64,000 bases of DNA from an uncultured Gemmatimonadales bacterium (GCA_963850905.1 CAWKMU010000003.1:2592001-2656000); one strand, 5' to 3'; numbered from the stretch's first letter, positions 1 to 9,453 are shown. A program made the numbers and translations. Notes: generated by a model from the sequence alone, not told the origin.

Positions 1-509
1 TTCAGGCCGGGACTGACAACAATGTGATTCCGGCGAGCGCGCTCCTGAAACTCAACTTGCGCTGGTATGACGAAACGGACCGGGACATCCTGCTCGCCGG
101 CATCGAGCGTATCAACCAGTCCATTGCCTCGGCCTACAACCTCCCAGACCACCTCCGACCGACAACGGTGATGAAGGGCGGCGTCAAAGTGTTGGCGAAC
201 GACGCCGAGATGGCGCGCGCCGTCGAGCCGGTGCTGCAATCATTGCTTGGCACTCGGGCGGTGTTGACTGACATGCCAAAGGTGATGGGCTCAGAGGATT
301 TTCATCACCTGGTTCTCGACAACGACAAACACCGCTATCTGTTTCTCTTGGTTGGCACCGCAAAGCCGGAACACGTCAAGAGGGCGCAGGCCGAAGGGCT
401 GCAGTTTCCCTACACCAACCACAGCCCCGATTATCAGGTAGATCTCGACGCGATTGCGCTGGGCGCCAAGATCGGGGTGGCATCGGTTGCGGCGCTGTTT
501 GCGGCCTGA
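1..509 (+). CDS. M20 family amidohydrolase, C-terminal part (5' truncated by window)
   Basis: NVIP..A.L.LNLR dimerisation-domain motif, MGSEDF motif, NHSPDY C-terminal His motif. Confidence 0.85.
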   Translation, partial: QAGTDNNVIPASALLKLNLRWYDETDRDILLAGIERINQSIASAYNLPDHLRPTTVMKGGVKVLANDAEMARAVEPVLQSLLGTRAVLTDMPKVMGSEDFHHLVLDNDKHRYLFLLVGTAKPEHVKRAQAEGLQFPYTNHSPDYQVDLDAIALGAKIGVASVAALFAA

Positions 510-580
510 ATGCCGACGACTTTGACGCTCATGCAGGTGGCCGTCGCGGGCGATGACAGCGGCCGGGAGGTCATGTGCAT

Positions 581-1030
581 TCATTGCCCAATGAGTACCG
601 TCGGCGAGCCGGTCGTAACCACTCCGTTGCCGACTTTGTCATTGAGGCGTGCCGCGGGCATCCCGCCCCCGTTGATCATCACCATCGCGCCCTTGAGGCC
701 GAGGGTAGCGCCGCCGTTCAGCGTTCCGCCCGCGACGGCGGTCACCATGAACTGCTGGTTGGTTTTGATCGTGACGTTACCAGGCGCTGTGATGGTGAAG
801 TTCGTGGCGTCGCCGTTGACGAGCTGCAACTTGGTCTGCAACGCGGCGACCTGCTGCTGGAGGGTCGCGACCGCCTGTTGAAGCGCGGCGATCTGCTGTG
901 CCGGGGTTGCGACGGTCGTCGGATACGCGCGCATGATCGTCGGGTTCTGCACGGTCGGCGTCTGCGCCGAAAGCGCGGTGCCCAACGTGACGCTGAGTAC
1001 TGCTGTGCAGCCGATGATCACATAACGCAT
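581..1030 (-). CDS. Secreted protein: signal peptide + coiled coil + gp5/VgrG-like beta-strand repeats + C-terminal PAAR-like motif
   Basis: Hydrophobic N-terminus ending ALSA|Q; heptads QQIAALQQAVATLQQQVAALQTKL; ITAPGNVTIK..LGLKGAMVMIN; PAARLNDKV..TTGSPTVLIG; SD AAGGAG upstream. Confidence 0.65.
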   Translation of the reverse strand: MRYVIIGCTAVLSVTLGTALSAQTPTVQNPTIMRAYPTTVATPAQQIAALQQAVATLQQQVAALQTKLQLVNGDATNFTITAPGNVTIKTNQQFMVTAVAGGTLNGGATLGLKGAMVMINGGGMPAARLNDKVGNGVVTTGSPTVLIGQ

Positions 1031-1273
1031 CGCTTCTCCTTCGAGAGAGGGGACGGCCGACTCGCCGCATTACCTCGTTTTACGGTCCCAACGAGCGGAA
1101 CGTCTCACGGACAGCGAGGCTCCGTTCGCCGGCGCCAACCCTCGCCCTCGATATGGGGGCCTGGCCGATCCCGGGATACTGCGTCTCGAGCGGCGCAAAC
1201 CGGACGGCGGCGTCAAAGGGCGCTCGCCGCTAATTTGCGATGACGCCGTCGGTCGTAACATGTTGCTGCCTGC

Positions 1274-1357
1274 GCCGGGGTGGCGAAATCGGTAGACGCA
1301 AGGGACTTAAAATCCCTTGGGGGAAACCCCGTGCGGGTTCGAGTCCCGCCCCCGGCA
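1274..1357 (+). tRNA. tRNA-Leu(TAA)
   Basis: GCCGGGG/CCCCGGC acceptor stem, D-arm TGGCGAAATCGGTAGACGCA, anticodon loop CT-TAA-AA, long variable arm, GGTTCGAGTCC T-arm; CCA not encoded. Confidence 0.95.
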
Positions 1358-1487
1358 TCGCCATGTCACACAGCGCGTTAGGCGTTTCAGTCTGATCGTC
1401 CATTTCTGGCACTGATGCGGTGGCCGTGACCACAGGTGTGACCACGCACCGTGTTCGGTCCTTCGGCCGGCGCCTCATCGAGCGACC

Positions 1488-1874
1488 TTGAGCGCACGCC
1501 GGCGCAGCTACCGCGTGCACGATGCCATTTTCGTCGTGCCGCCCGCCAAGGCGTTCAAGAATGTCCGCGTGCTACTGGGCGATGGTCGGGCGACGGTCCG
1601 GTATTTCAAGCCGGAGCACGGACCGATGTGTGTCTACCAGTTCGAGAAGGGAGAGAGCAGAGAAGTGACCGAGGGCGCGCTTCTCAAGCAGCTCGGAACG
1701 GCCGGCATTGCGGGCACGCCCAACCTATCGTTCAACCCGCAGGCCAACGCTCCCCGCAAAGTAGTTATCCGATCATCTGGAAATGGCTCGGTCATCTTCC
1801 CGGGCAACTCTACCGCAACGGAAACCACTGCATGTGACGCCGGACGCGGAACACCCGAGCGGGAGCGCCACTAA
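1488..1874 (+). CDS. Hypothetical protein
   Basis: Protein-like composition (AIFVVPPAKAFKNVRVLL..YFKPEHGPMCVYQFE); start uncertain. Confidence 0.5.
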   Translation: MSARRRSYRVHDAIFVVPPAKAFKNVRVLLGDGRATVRYFKPEHGPMCVYQFEKGESREVTEGALLKQLGTAGIAGTPNLSFNPQANAPRKVVIRSSGNGSVIFPGNSTATETTACDAGRGTPERERH

Positions 1875-3132
1875 ACGTCGTCGGGATCGGAGCAAACGAA
1901 CAGGGACATCCCTTTACCACTTGATAGTCGGTCCCATCGGCATTGATGAACCCATGGTCAACCGCGATGATGGTTCCGTCTGGCGAGTAGGACAACTTAT
2001 TCTCCCATCCGGTCGCGCTGGTCAGTTGGGTGACGTTGGTCCCATCGGTGTTCATCGTGTAGAGATAGGTTACCGCATCACCACTACAACACGCCGGCCC
2101 CTGATTCGAGCCCACAAGGGCAATGTGCTGCCCATCTGGTGATGCCGTGACGGCGACGACGGACCAGTTGACCAGCAATGCCTGACCACCTGGGGGCGGA
2201 AGAGTGAGCCACAAATCGGCCGTCCCAAAACAGCCTTGGTCGCACCAATACGTGATGCCTTGGCCATTCGCCGTCCACGCCGCCGGACCAGCCTCGTCTT
2301 CCTCAAAGTACTCGGACGAGAAGATTGTGCCGAGCGTGTCGATGACAATGACGCCTGGGCTACAACAATCGGCGGGGGTGCCTGGGCCAATATCAGGTGC
2401 ACCAGTGGGTTGACCGACATACATAATGAGAGAGTCGTTCGGTGACCACCGGGGACTGAAAGGTGGATACTGAGTGTACAGTGCCGGACCAACCTTGTGG
2501 ACGTTGGTGCCGTTGGCATCCATGAGAAACACGCCCACACTGTCAGGAACGCGCGAAGGAGAAAGGAACACAATTTTGCTATGGTCAGGTGACAGGTCAG
2601 GCAGCGTGTCGTTCTCGCCTGAGGTCAGTTGTCGAAATCCGGAGCCGTTGGCGTTCATAATGAAAACGCCAGTGCTGTTGTTTCCCACCACCAGCGCGTT
2701 GGGTGGGAGTCCGGTGGCCGCGAAGGTGCCGTAGGTCTCGGCAACGCCAGTACTACTGACACTGCGCGCGGCGAGTGTCTGTGGACCTAAGCGCGGTCCG
2801 AGCGTCCACAGTTCATCGGCGTAGCCGGACGCGTCGGTCATCACCGCGGGAGCGAACACCGAGCCCCCGCCCGAGGTCACGACGAAGCTGATCGTGAAGT
2901 TAGGAACCGCCGCTCCAGCAGCGTTGAGTACCCTTACCCGTATGGGATTGGGCAACTGCGCATCCGCCGGACCGTTCTGCGCATTCCCTGATACGACGCT
3001 CAGGGTGATGTCAGTGGCGGTCGCGGTAGGCGCAGATGGTGCTACAGGCAATGGCGAACTGCATCCAGCGAGAGCCCCGACAAGCGCGAGCAGACCTCCA
3101 GTCAGGCTGGGTCGAACAAATGCAATGCTCAT
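1810..3132 (-). CDS. Lipoprotein with Ig-like (Big_1-type) domain and TolB/PD40-like beta-propeller
   Basis: Lipobox LAGC; VSGNAQ.G..LPNPIRVRV..TDASG.A..WTLG Ig motif; repeats MNANGSG.RQLT, PDLSPD, PRWSPN, SPDG. Confidence 0.8.
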   Translation of the reverse strand: MSIAFVRPSLTGGLLALVGALAGCSSPLPVAPSAPTATATDITLSVVSGNAQNGPADAQLPNPIRVRVLNAAGAAVPNFTISFVVTSGGGSVFAPAVMTDASGYADELWTLGPRLGPQTLAARSVSSTGVAETYGTFAATGLPPNALVVGNNSTGVFIMNANGSGFRQLTSGENDTLPDLSPDHSKIVFLSPSRVPDSVGVFLMDANGTNVHKVGPALYTQYPPFSPRWSPNDSLIMYVGQPTGAPDIGPGTPADCCSPGVIVIDTLGTIFSSEYFEEDEAGPAAWTANGQGITYWCDQGCFGTADLWLTLPPPGGQALLVNWSVVAVTASPDGQHIALVGSNQGPACCSGDAVTYLYTMNTDGTNVTQLTSATGWENKLSYSPDGTIIAVDHGFINADGTDYQVVKGCPCSFAPIPTTFSGAPARVFRVRRHMQWFPLR

Positions 3133-3342
3133 TTTGCACCGATCGCCGTCGGAGTTGCCCGAGCTACTGGTGTCGGGCGCACGGTCAAAGACTGACCACA
3201 CCACTCTTGGCGTCGCGTCGAACGGGAGCGCATGCGTGTTCGATTGGCAGCGCACCTTCAATCAACGGGCCCCTGGCCCGATTAGCTAGCTTGTGGTCGA
3301 GCCCGTCACCTGAGCGTCGTCATCGGTCGCGTGATCCGCTGG

Positions 3343-3573
3343 TGGATCGAGCGCACAGGCGTCGGCGTAAGCATCGATCCCCGGAGGGACGAGTAAGAAA
3401 GCCCGGACAATGAGTCGGTGTCAGACCTCGAGCCCGGTCGCCCGCTGCCGTACCGCCTCGCCGCATCGTGGAATAACCAGCGATGCCGGTCGTCGAGCCA
3501 GATCGGAGTGCGGACGCGTCCACATTGCAAGCCCCGCTAGCTGACCGGAGTTGTCCAACCTATGCCGCCTAAC
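3343..3573 (-). repeat. Degenerate duplicated element, copy 1 (decayed ORF preceded by GTTAGGC)
   Basis: Homologous to 4557-4761; minus-strand peptides IWLDDRHRWLFHDA and GSMLTPTPVRSI. Confidence 0.7.
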
Positions 3574-3583
3574 GGCGGATCAC

Positions 3584-4483
3584 TCACACGGCGCGAACGC
3601 TCAGGCCAGTGTTACGAAGCTCATGCAGCAGGCTGTCGGGCCCAGCGAGGTGATACAATCCCGTGATGACGAGCGCGGGCGTCTGATTCGCCAACATCGC
3701 GGTGAACCGCGGCACCCACGCCTTGTTCCGCTCCACGACCAGCTTCGGATATAAATCCGGGTAGCTCGTCTTGAATCCGGCCACTCGCGCATCGGCCGGC
3801 CCGCTATCACCGCGCGACCAGGCGGTGAAAATGCGCGAGTTTTCGGCCTCGCCTGCCAGGATCATGTCGAGCGAATAGCGGAGGAACTGCACATCCTGCT
3901 CGGGTGTCAGGCCGCCAAACCACGCGATCACATCGTCCTTCGTGGGAAACTCGCTCGACACGCGAACGTTTGCCGACAGCGCCTCGGCCACCAGGACCTT
4001 CTGCGCGGCGTCGGCCATGTGCATAACACTGTAGTAGGAATCCTCGAGGACACCCCCAGCCACCCAGGGACGATACGTCGCGAGACTCGCCACCGGAACG
4101 TGCGTAAGATCGGCGACCTTGGCCAGCCGCTGTTGATCGGTGCCCGTGAGCCAATTCGCGAGTGGGCGCGCCTGGTCCACCCCGTACCGCGCGATGAGGT
4201 CCTGAACCTTCTGCTTGTACACATCGTTGGTCTCGGTCCACACCACGGAACACTTGGGCACCAGCGCTTCGATCCGACTATCGTGCCAACTAACCGGACG
4301 CGGCGGCGTCTCCCCCATGAGATAGACGCGGTGGCCATTGCCCTCCACGGCATAGAGCGGCCAGCCATCCGCCAAGATTTCGCGGACTCGCCCCGTCCAG
4401 GTAACGCCAGTCAGCGCCGCCAATCCCAAAAGAAAATCCCGCCTCGACTGGCGGCTCGGGTGCTCTCGGAAAGGATCGGTCAT
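3584..4483 (-). CDS. TraB/GumN family protein, Tat-exported
   Basis: SRRDFLLG Tat motif; LY.V..VYLMG; ERNKAW..LVITGLYHLAGPDSLL..L...G C-terminal motif. Confidence 0.8.
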   Translation of the reverse strand: MTDPFREHPSRQSRRDFLLGLAALTGVTWTGRVREILADGWPLYAVEGNGHRVYLMGETPPRPVSWHDSRIEALVPKCSVVWTETNDVYKQKVQDLIARYGVDQARPLANWLTGTDQQRLAKVADLTHVPVASLATYRPWVAGGVLEDSYYSVMHMADAAQKVLVAEALSANVRVSSEFPTKDDVIAWFGGLTPEQDVQFLRYSLDMILAGEAENSRIFTAWSRGDSGPADARVAGFKTSYPDLYPKLVVERNKAWVPRFTAMLANQTPALVITGLYHLAGPDSLLHELRNTGLSVRAV

Positions 4484-4556
4484 GGCTCATAGATACGACG
4501 CCCGCTCACCGTCGGTTTCAGTACATGGTTCGTAGCCGCCCAGTACAGTGCGGACT

Positions 4557-4761
4557 TGGATCGAGCGCACCGGCGTCGGTGTCAGTATCGACCCCCGGTG
4601 AGTGGACAAGCGCGGAGGATTAGTCTGTGACTGGACCTCAAGCGCGCCGGAACCGATCTGAAGGAATTCGGCCCGTGCGTCTCGAAAGAGCAAGCGATGG
4701 CGCGGGTCGAGCCAGATGAGGCACGGCACGCCATAGGCTGACGGGCATACGACAGCCTAAC
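4557..4761 (-). repeat. Degenerate duplicated element, copy 2
   Basis: Minus-strand peptides IWLDPRHRLLFRDA and GSILTPTPVRSI; also begins with GTTAGGC on minus strand. Confidence 0.7.
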
Positions 4762-4767
4762 GTCATC

Positions 4768-5094
4768 TCAAGTCGACGTAAGCTCCACCACGGGATTGAC
4801 GCGGGTCGTGCGGAACGCAGGTATGCTCGCTGCTGCTAGCGCTACCAGCGCGAACGCGGCGGCGACGCCGCCGAAGATCACCGGATCGTGCGGGCTGACG
4901 CCAATGAAGAGTCCCGCGAGCATGCGGGTTAGCATCCATGCGGCAACCGATCCCACCACGATCCCTGTACCGGTCAGCACCAGTGCTCGTCGCATGACAT
5001 CACTAATCACGTCTGTGTTCTTGGCGCCGAGGGCGATCCGGACAGCGATTTCTCGATGGCGCTGGGCGAGTGCGCGGCGGTGGAGGCGAACCAT
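4768..5094 (-). pseudogene. C-terminal fragment of ADOP/FtsX-type ABC permease
   Basis: QRHREIAVRIALGA..LFIGVSPHDP..AASIPAFR.TRVNP matches only the last ~100 aa of the full permease at 22016-24577. Confidence 0.75.
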
Positions 5095-5190
5095 GGTACA
5101 TGCTCACGCAAGATGGCTGCGTCTGGGACGAATTCTCGGTTTGAGACTTCCGCCCGGAGCGCGGTGGGGCATGGGCCGCTTGAGGGAAAA

Positions 5191-5730
5191 ATGATGCAGC
5201 TATCGGGCGACCTTTCTCAGGTTTCGATCTCATCGCCCCGACTGATTCTGAGATCCTCCACGGCGGCCGATGACGACGAGGTTTTCGTGGAAAGCAATGC
5301 CGCAATTGCCCGTTTCATGTCGTGGAATCCGTCGGCTTCGCGCAAAGAATTTGACGGAATTCGCAAAGCGATCTTGGCGCAGATGTTGGCGGGTGAGGGA
5401 CTGTCTTTGGCAGTACGCCTATCGTCGACGGGGGAATTTCTGGGCTCCGCTGGTTTGCATCCTGCCGACGCAGACTTGTTGGAGACAGGAATCTGGATCA
5501 AACAATCAGCGCAGAGGCGGGGATACGGTCGGGAGGCGGTTGCCGCAGTCGTGGCGTGGGCATCGCACAGATTTCGCCCATCGGGTCTACTTTGGCCCGT
5601 CGTGGACGACAACATTCCAAGCCGCAGATTGGTGGAATCTTTGGGTGGCCAAATTATCGGCTCGCGCCGGCGGCAGAAGGCGGGGGACGTTGAACGAACG
5701 CTGCTCCTTTACCGAATTCCGGTTGGCTAG
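5191..5730 (+). CDS. GNAT N-acetyltransferase (RimJ/RimL-like)
   Basis: SPRLILR, ETGIWI..AQRRGYGREA acetyl-CoA motif, N.PSRRL.ESLG. Confidence 0.85.
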   Translation: MMQLSGDLSQVSISSPRLILRSSTAADDDEVFVESNAAIARFMSWNPSASRKEFDGIRKAILAQMLAGEGLSLAVRLSSTGEFLGSAGLHPADADLLETGIWIKQSAQRRGYGREAVAAVVAWASHRFRPSGLLWPVVDDNIPSRRLVESLGGQIIGSRRRQKAGDVERTLLLYRIPVG

Positions 5731-5781
5731 TTTCAGCGGTCCCGCCCGCCGGCATGGTTGCACCAACCACACTCCTTTCGA

Positions 5782-6303
5782 TCAGGAACTGGCCGAACTG
5801 AAGGAGCGGCGATCGGTAGCGGTCGCGCGTTGGTGGAGACACGTCGAGAGGCTCAACACCACGATGCAGGCCGCGGCCACCGCCGCCGACAGCGCGCCGG
5901 CGCGATCGCGGCGCACCCAGAGCGTAAGAAACCCGGCCACGGCGGCAATGATCCAGAACCAGAGCCCAGGCCCCACGAACATTGCCTGCCACACCCGCCC
6001 GCCGTTGTACAGCGTCCCGGCGAACACACCACCCACGACGGTCCCGAACAGGGCGACATAGAGTCCCGTCGCGATCGGACCGAACCGCGGGCGGAGAAAG
6101 GGCAGACTGCCCAACACCACGACCGTCGCGATCACTGGCAGCGACGCGTACGCAAGCATGAGCCCGCCCATCAACCCGCCGAGGATGGCGCCGCTAATCG
6201 TCCCGCCGCCCAACAGCCCGGCGACGACCGCCTCAATGGGAAACGCGGCCGCCATCACCGCCACCGCGATCCCCACGCTCACCCACCAGCGTCGTTGCGT
6301 CAC
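5782..6303 (-). CDS. Hypothetical integral membrane protein
   Basis: Multiple hydrophobic segments; TATTAT 6 nt upstream of GTG (possibly leaderless). Confidence 0.65.
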   Translation of the reverse strand: MTQRRWWVSVGIAVAVMAAAFPIEAVVAGLLGGGTISGAILGGLMGGLMLAYASLPVIATVVVLGSLPFLRPRFGPIATGLYVALFGTVVGGVFAGTLYNGGRVWQAMFVGPGLWFWIIAAVAGFLTLWVRRDRAGALSAAVAAACIVVLSLSTCLHQRATATDRRSFSSASS

Positions 6304-6405
6304 GCGCCCATAATAACAGAATCGCCCGCGCTCCCATACGCTGGCGATCCTGCCGTCATTGCTGGCCCAGTCGTTGGAGTAACCAGCTGGAATCCTCCGC
6401 TCGTA

Positions 6406-6816
6406 TCACGCAGGCAGCGGATGGGTGCCTTTCGCTGTGGAGTCAGCGATCCGTGCCCGCCAGAGTGCGATCACCCCGAGAGTGCCACTAACGGCGTTGA
6501 CCGCGCCGGCCATTGTGTTGAGTAGTCCGTGCGAGCCCTGCAGGATGGTTGCGAAATGATTCGCAGCGACAAGGAAATTCAACACCACGAGCGCGGTAAC
6601 GAGCAGTCTGCCGGCGACGGGATCCGCGCGACGTAACGTCCGCACGATCACGATGTACATGCTGAGATTCCAGAATGCGATCTCGCGCTGCCATCCCGGA
6701 GCGGCGCCCCATGGACTCATGGCCCCCAGTTGCGCGGGAAGGAAAAACAGGCCGAGACAAGACAGGGCTGTAAGGACAGCGAGTAGGAGCAGGTACGCGC
6801 GGACGAGTCTTCCCAC
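6406..6816 (-). CDS. Hypothetical membrane protein (about 4 TM)
   Basis: Four hydrophobic segments, GWQREIAFWN motif, SD AGGAGG. Confidence 0.7.
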   Translation of the reverse strand: MGRLVRAYLLLLAVLTALSCLGLFFLPAQLGAMSPWGAAPGWQREIAFWNLSMYIVIVRTLRRADPVAGRLLVTALVVLNFLVAANHFATILQGSHGLLNTMAGAVNAVSGTLGVIALWRARIADSTAKGTHPLPA

Positions 6817-6870
6817 GTTATCCTCCTGTCGGCGGTGAGGGAGGATTAATAGCGCCCTCGTGAGAAGCGA

Positions 6871-7209
6871 TCACGCGCCCGGCGCGGCCTGTTCCTCATA
6901 GAACGCTGTGATGAGAGCCGCTACCAACATCTCCGCCCGCAACTCGGCGCGTCCGGGGTAATGACGGCCCGTGCCATCCCAGACTTTGCGAAACGCGGTC
7001 ACGAGCTGCTCGACCGGCAGGCCGTCGGCCCGCGCTTGGTGCACGATCCGGCGGATAATGCTGGAGAGGCGTCGCCGGTCCGGGTGGTGAGCGCGTGCTG
7101 GCGCCACGTCGGCGCGCAGCTCATCGATCGCGCGTTCCAGCGCCCGAGATCGGGCCGGACCTTCCGCTCCCGAATGCCCTGGACCCTTCGTCGCTTCGGT
7201 CTCGTCCAC
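6871..7209 (-). CDS. Small helical hypothetical protein, paralog of 7360-7713 (start uncertain)
   Basis: QARADGLPVEQLVTAFRKVWD..VAALITAFYE. Confidence 0.7.
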   Translation of the reverse strand: MDETEATKGPGHSGAEGPARSRALERAIDELRADVAPARAHHPDRRRLSSIIRRIVHQARADGLPVEQLVTAFRKVWDGTGRHYPGRAELRAEMLVAALITAFYEEQAAPGA

Positions 7210-7359
7210 GCTTGGGTCCCGGTTAGCGTGGAGCACGTGGACGCGACTGGAACGCCTGGCGCTCGGAAGGTTGCCCAAGACGTCTGGTTCTGAGAGGAAC
7301 GCACGTTGTGAACCACAGGCGGGCGCCGCGTCCCGCACTCTGCTCGAACCTCGGCCACG

Positions 7360-7713
7360 TCAGACGGGGGATCGCGTCGCACCCGGGTCATGTTCGTAGT
7401 AGGCGGTAATCAAGGCGCTGACCACACTCCAGCGGATCTCGTCGCGTCTCGACTCTCGGGCGTGGCCCGCTCCGGGTAGGTTATCCCAGACGTGGGCAAA
7501 CGCCACCACGGCCTGCTCCGCCCGGAGGCCGTCGATCCGCGCTTGTTGGGCGACCCAATGAATGAGATGCGGCATGTGTCCATCGAGATTCGCATCGGTG
7601 AGGTGCTGTGTGATCTCGTCGCGGAGGTCGCCGAGAGTGGCTGTGAGTGCGGCACTCAACGGCTGATGCGCGCGGGTCCCACCACTCGGGTGGTTCGGTC
7701 CTGTCGCGTCCAT
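7360..7713 (-). CDS. Small helical hypothetical protein, paralog of 6871-7209
   Basis: QARIDGLRAEQAVVAFAHVWD..VSALITAYYE. Confidence 0.75.
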   Translation of the reverse strand: MDATGPNHPSGGTRAHQPLSAALTATLGDLRDEITQHLTDANLDGHMPHLIHWVAQQARIDGLRAEQAVVAFAHVWDNLPGAGHARESRRDEIRWSVVSALITAYYEHDPGATRSPV

Positions 7714-7813
7714 TGTCGGGGTCCGTCACGGGTACCGCGAGCAAGAAGCCATCAGGATGCTGCGGCGCGGCAGAGGGCTCGCGGACCCAGAGTGGCGATT
7801 AGGACAATATACT

Positions 7814-7876
7814 ATTGAGCACAATTAAATGCTAGTGGGCATAATTAACAGCTATTTGATTGAGCACAAGTAAATG
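7814..7876. promoter_or_regulatory. AT-rich direct-repeat array, putative regulator binding sites
   Basis: ATTGAGCACAATTAAATG (7814), TGGGCATAATTAA (7836), ATTGAGCACAAGTAAATG (7859). Confidence 0.55.
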
Positions 7877-7974
7877 GGATGTGAATGCCAGCGCCCGTAC
7901 CACGATCGTCGAGGACGGGTGGTGCAGACACTGATCGACGAGGCGGCCATGACGCCCGAAAAGCCCCGTTGGGT

Positions 7975-9390
7975 TCATTTCCCGGCGTGCACCGGTTGCG
8001 CTGGCGGCGCAGGTGGCGGCGCGGGTAACGGCTCGAACTCGTGCTCGGGAATCGCGAACCCCTTCGCGAAATCGGGATCGCCCTCGTCGCCCAGTGCGCG
8101 CTCCGCCACATATTGTCCCATCACCGGTCCGAACTTGAAACCCTCGGCGTTGCCGCCGCCCGCGATGAGCAGGTTGGTGATCTGCGGGTGCCGCGTGACA
8201 ATGAAATTCCGACTGGCGCTGATCTCGTAATGGCAGGCGTGCGTCAGGAGTAGCGGGGCATCCGCGAGCAGTGGGAAGCGGTGCGCCACGAACCGCCGCG
8301 GGCCCGCGATCTGGGTGTCCGCCGACCAGCGGTCGCTCAGATCGGGATCGAGTTGCGCCGGAGGGACGGGCGGTCGCTGGGACGGACCGCGCCGCGGCCC
8401 CGGCGCCCGCTCGCTCCCCCGCACCCGAAAACCGACACTGTCCACCGGGAGCGCCGCCCATCCAGTGACACCCGGGAAGTTGTAGCTGGGGAGGTTGGGA
8501 TACGTGAACCGCTGATCGTTCACCGGCGTGCCGAAGTAGCACACGTAGCCGAGCGGCGTCACCATCTTCTTGCCGAAAATCTCCGGGAACGTCTTACCTA
8601 ACCACGGTCCGGGCGCGAACACGTACGACTCGGCGCGCAGCGTCTGGCCGGTGTCGAGCGTGACCTCGGAGATGCGCCCCGATGTCGCCCGCAAGGGAAG
8701 CTGGACGCGTCCGATGACGATCCGGCCGCCCAGCCGCTCGAAGGCCGCAGCCACCGCCTGGCACCCGCGCCGCGCGCGCACCACGCCGGCATCGGGTTCG
8801 TACATCACGACGTTGATGTCGTCGATGGAGAAAACGGGGAACTCCTTCGCCACGTCGCGTGCGTCAAGCACCTGGTACGGGATGTGGTGCTTGTCCCACC
8901 ACTTCTTGGTGTTGATCAGGAACGGCTCCCAGTCCTCGCGGAACATGAGGTCGCCGGTCGTGTGAAACAGGTTGAGGCGCATGTCGCGGCCCCACTCGTC
9001 GTCGAACGCGCGCCAGCGCTTCATCGCCTCGCGCGCCCACAGCATCCACAATTCCTGCTTGTCGGGGTCGCGATCGCCGTACGACGAGCGCACGCCGCGG
9101 CTTTCGTCGCCCGACGTCGCGCGCGCGTTGCCGGGACCGTACGCATCCACGAGCGTGACCTTCGCGCCCATACGGCGCAGGTGGAGCGCGGTCCATCCGC
9201 CCCACACGCCGGCACCGATCACGATGATGTCGGGTGACCCGCCGACGAGCGGGATGCGCCGGTGCGGCCGGATGCCAGGAACGGCCGGATTCTGCGCGTC
9301 CGCCGCGCAGCCGCCGAGCATGAGGAGGCCGGCACTCGCGCCGGCAACTTTCAGGAACTCGCGGCGGGGGAGCCCGGAGTTCTCGGCCAT
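7975..9390 (-). CDS. Tat-exported FAD-dependent oxidoreductase (sarcosine oxidase/DAO-like), probable lipoprotein
   Basis: RREFLK Tat motif, LGGC lipobox, VIGAGVWG dinucleotide-binding motif, SGDESR, GFKFGP. Confidence 0.85.
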   Translation of the reverse strand: MAENSGLPRREFLKVAGASAGLLMLGGCAADAQNPAVPGIRPHRRIPLVGGSPDIIVIGAGVWGGWTALHLRRMGAKVTLVDAYGPGNARATSGDESRGVRSSYGDRDPDKQELWMLWAREAMKRWRAFDDEWGRDMRLNLFHTTGDLMFREDWEPFLINTKKWWDKHHIPYQVLDARDVAKEFPVFSIDDINVVMYEPDAGVVRARRGCQAVAAAFERLGGRIVIGRVQLPLRATSGRISEVTLDTGQTLRAESYVFAPGPWLGKTFPEIFGKKMVTPLGYVCYFGTPVNDQRFTYPNLPSYNFPGVTGWAALPVDSVGFRVRGSERAPGPRRGPSQRPPVPPAQLDPDLSDRWSADTQIAGPRRFVAHRFPLLADAPLLLTHACHYEISASRNFIVTRHPQITNLLIAGGGNAEGFKFGPVMGQYVAERALGDEGDPDFAKGFAIPEHEFEPLPAPPPAPPAQPVHAGK

Positions 9391-9453
9391 GACGTCGCCC
9401 TTGGTGAGGTTGTGCAAACATGTCGAGGGCGCGCGCCGAGGTCAAACGGCGCC

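Noticed and set aside
3567..3625. Complete attC site
   Set aside because: Core GTTAGGC is present, but no matching RYYYAAC with a paired L-box hairpin could be built
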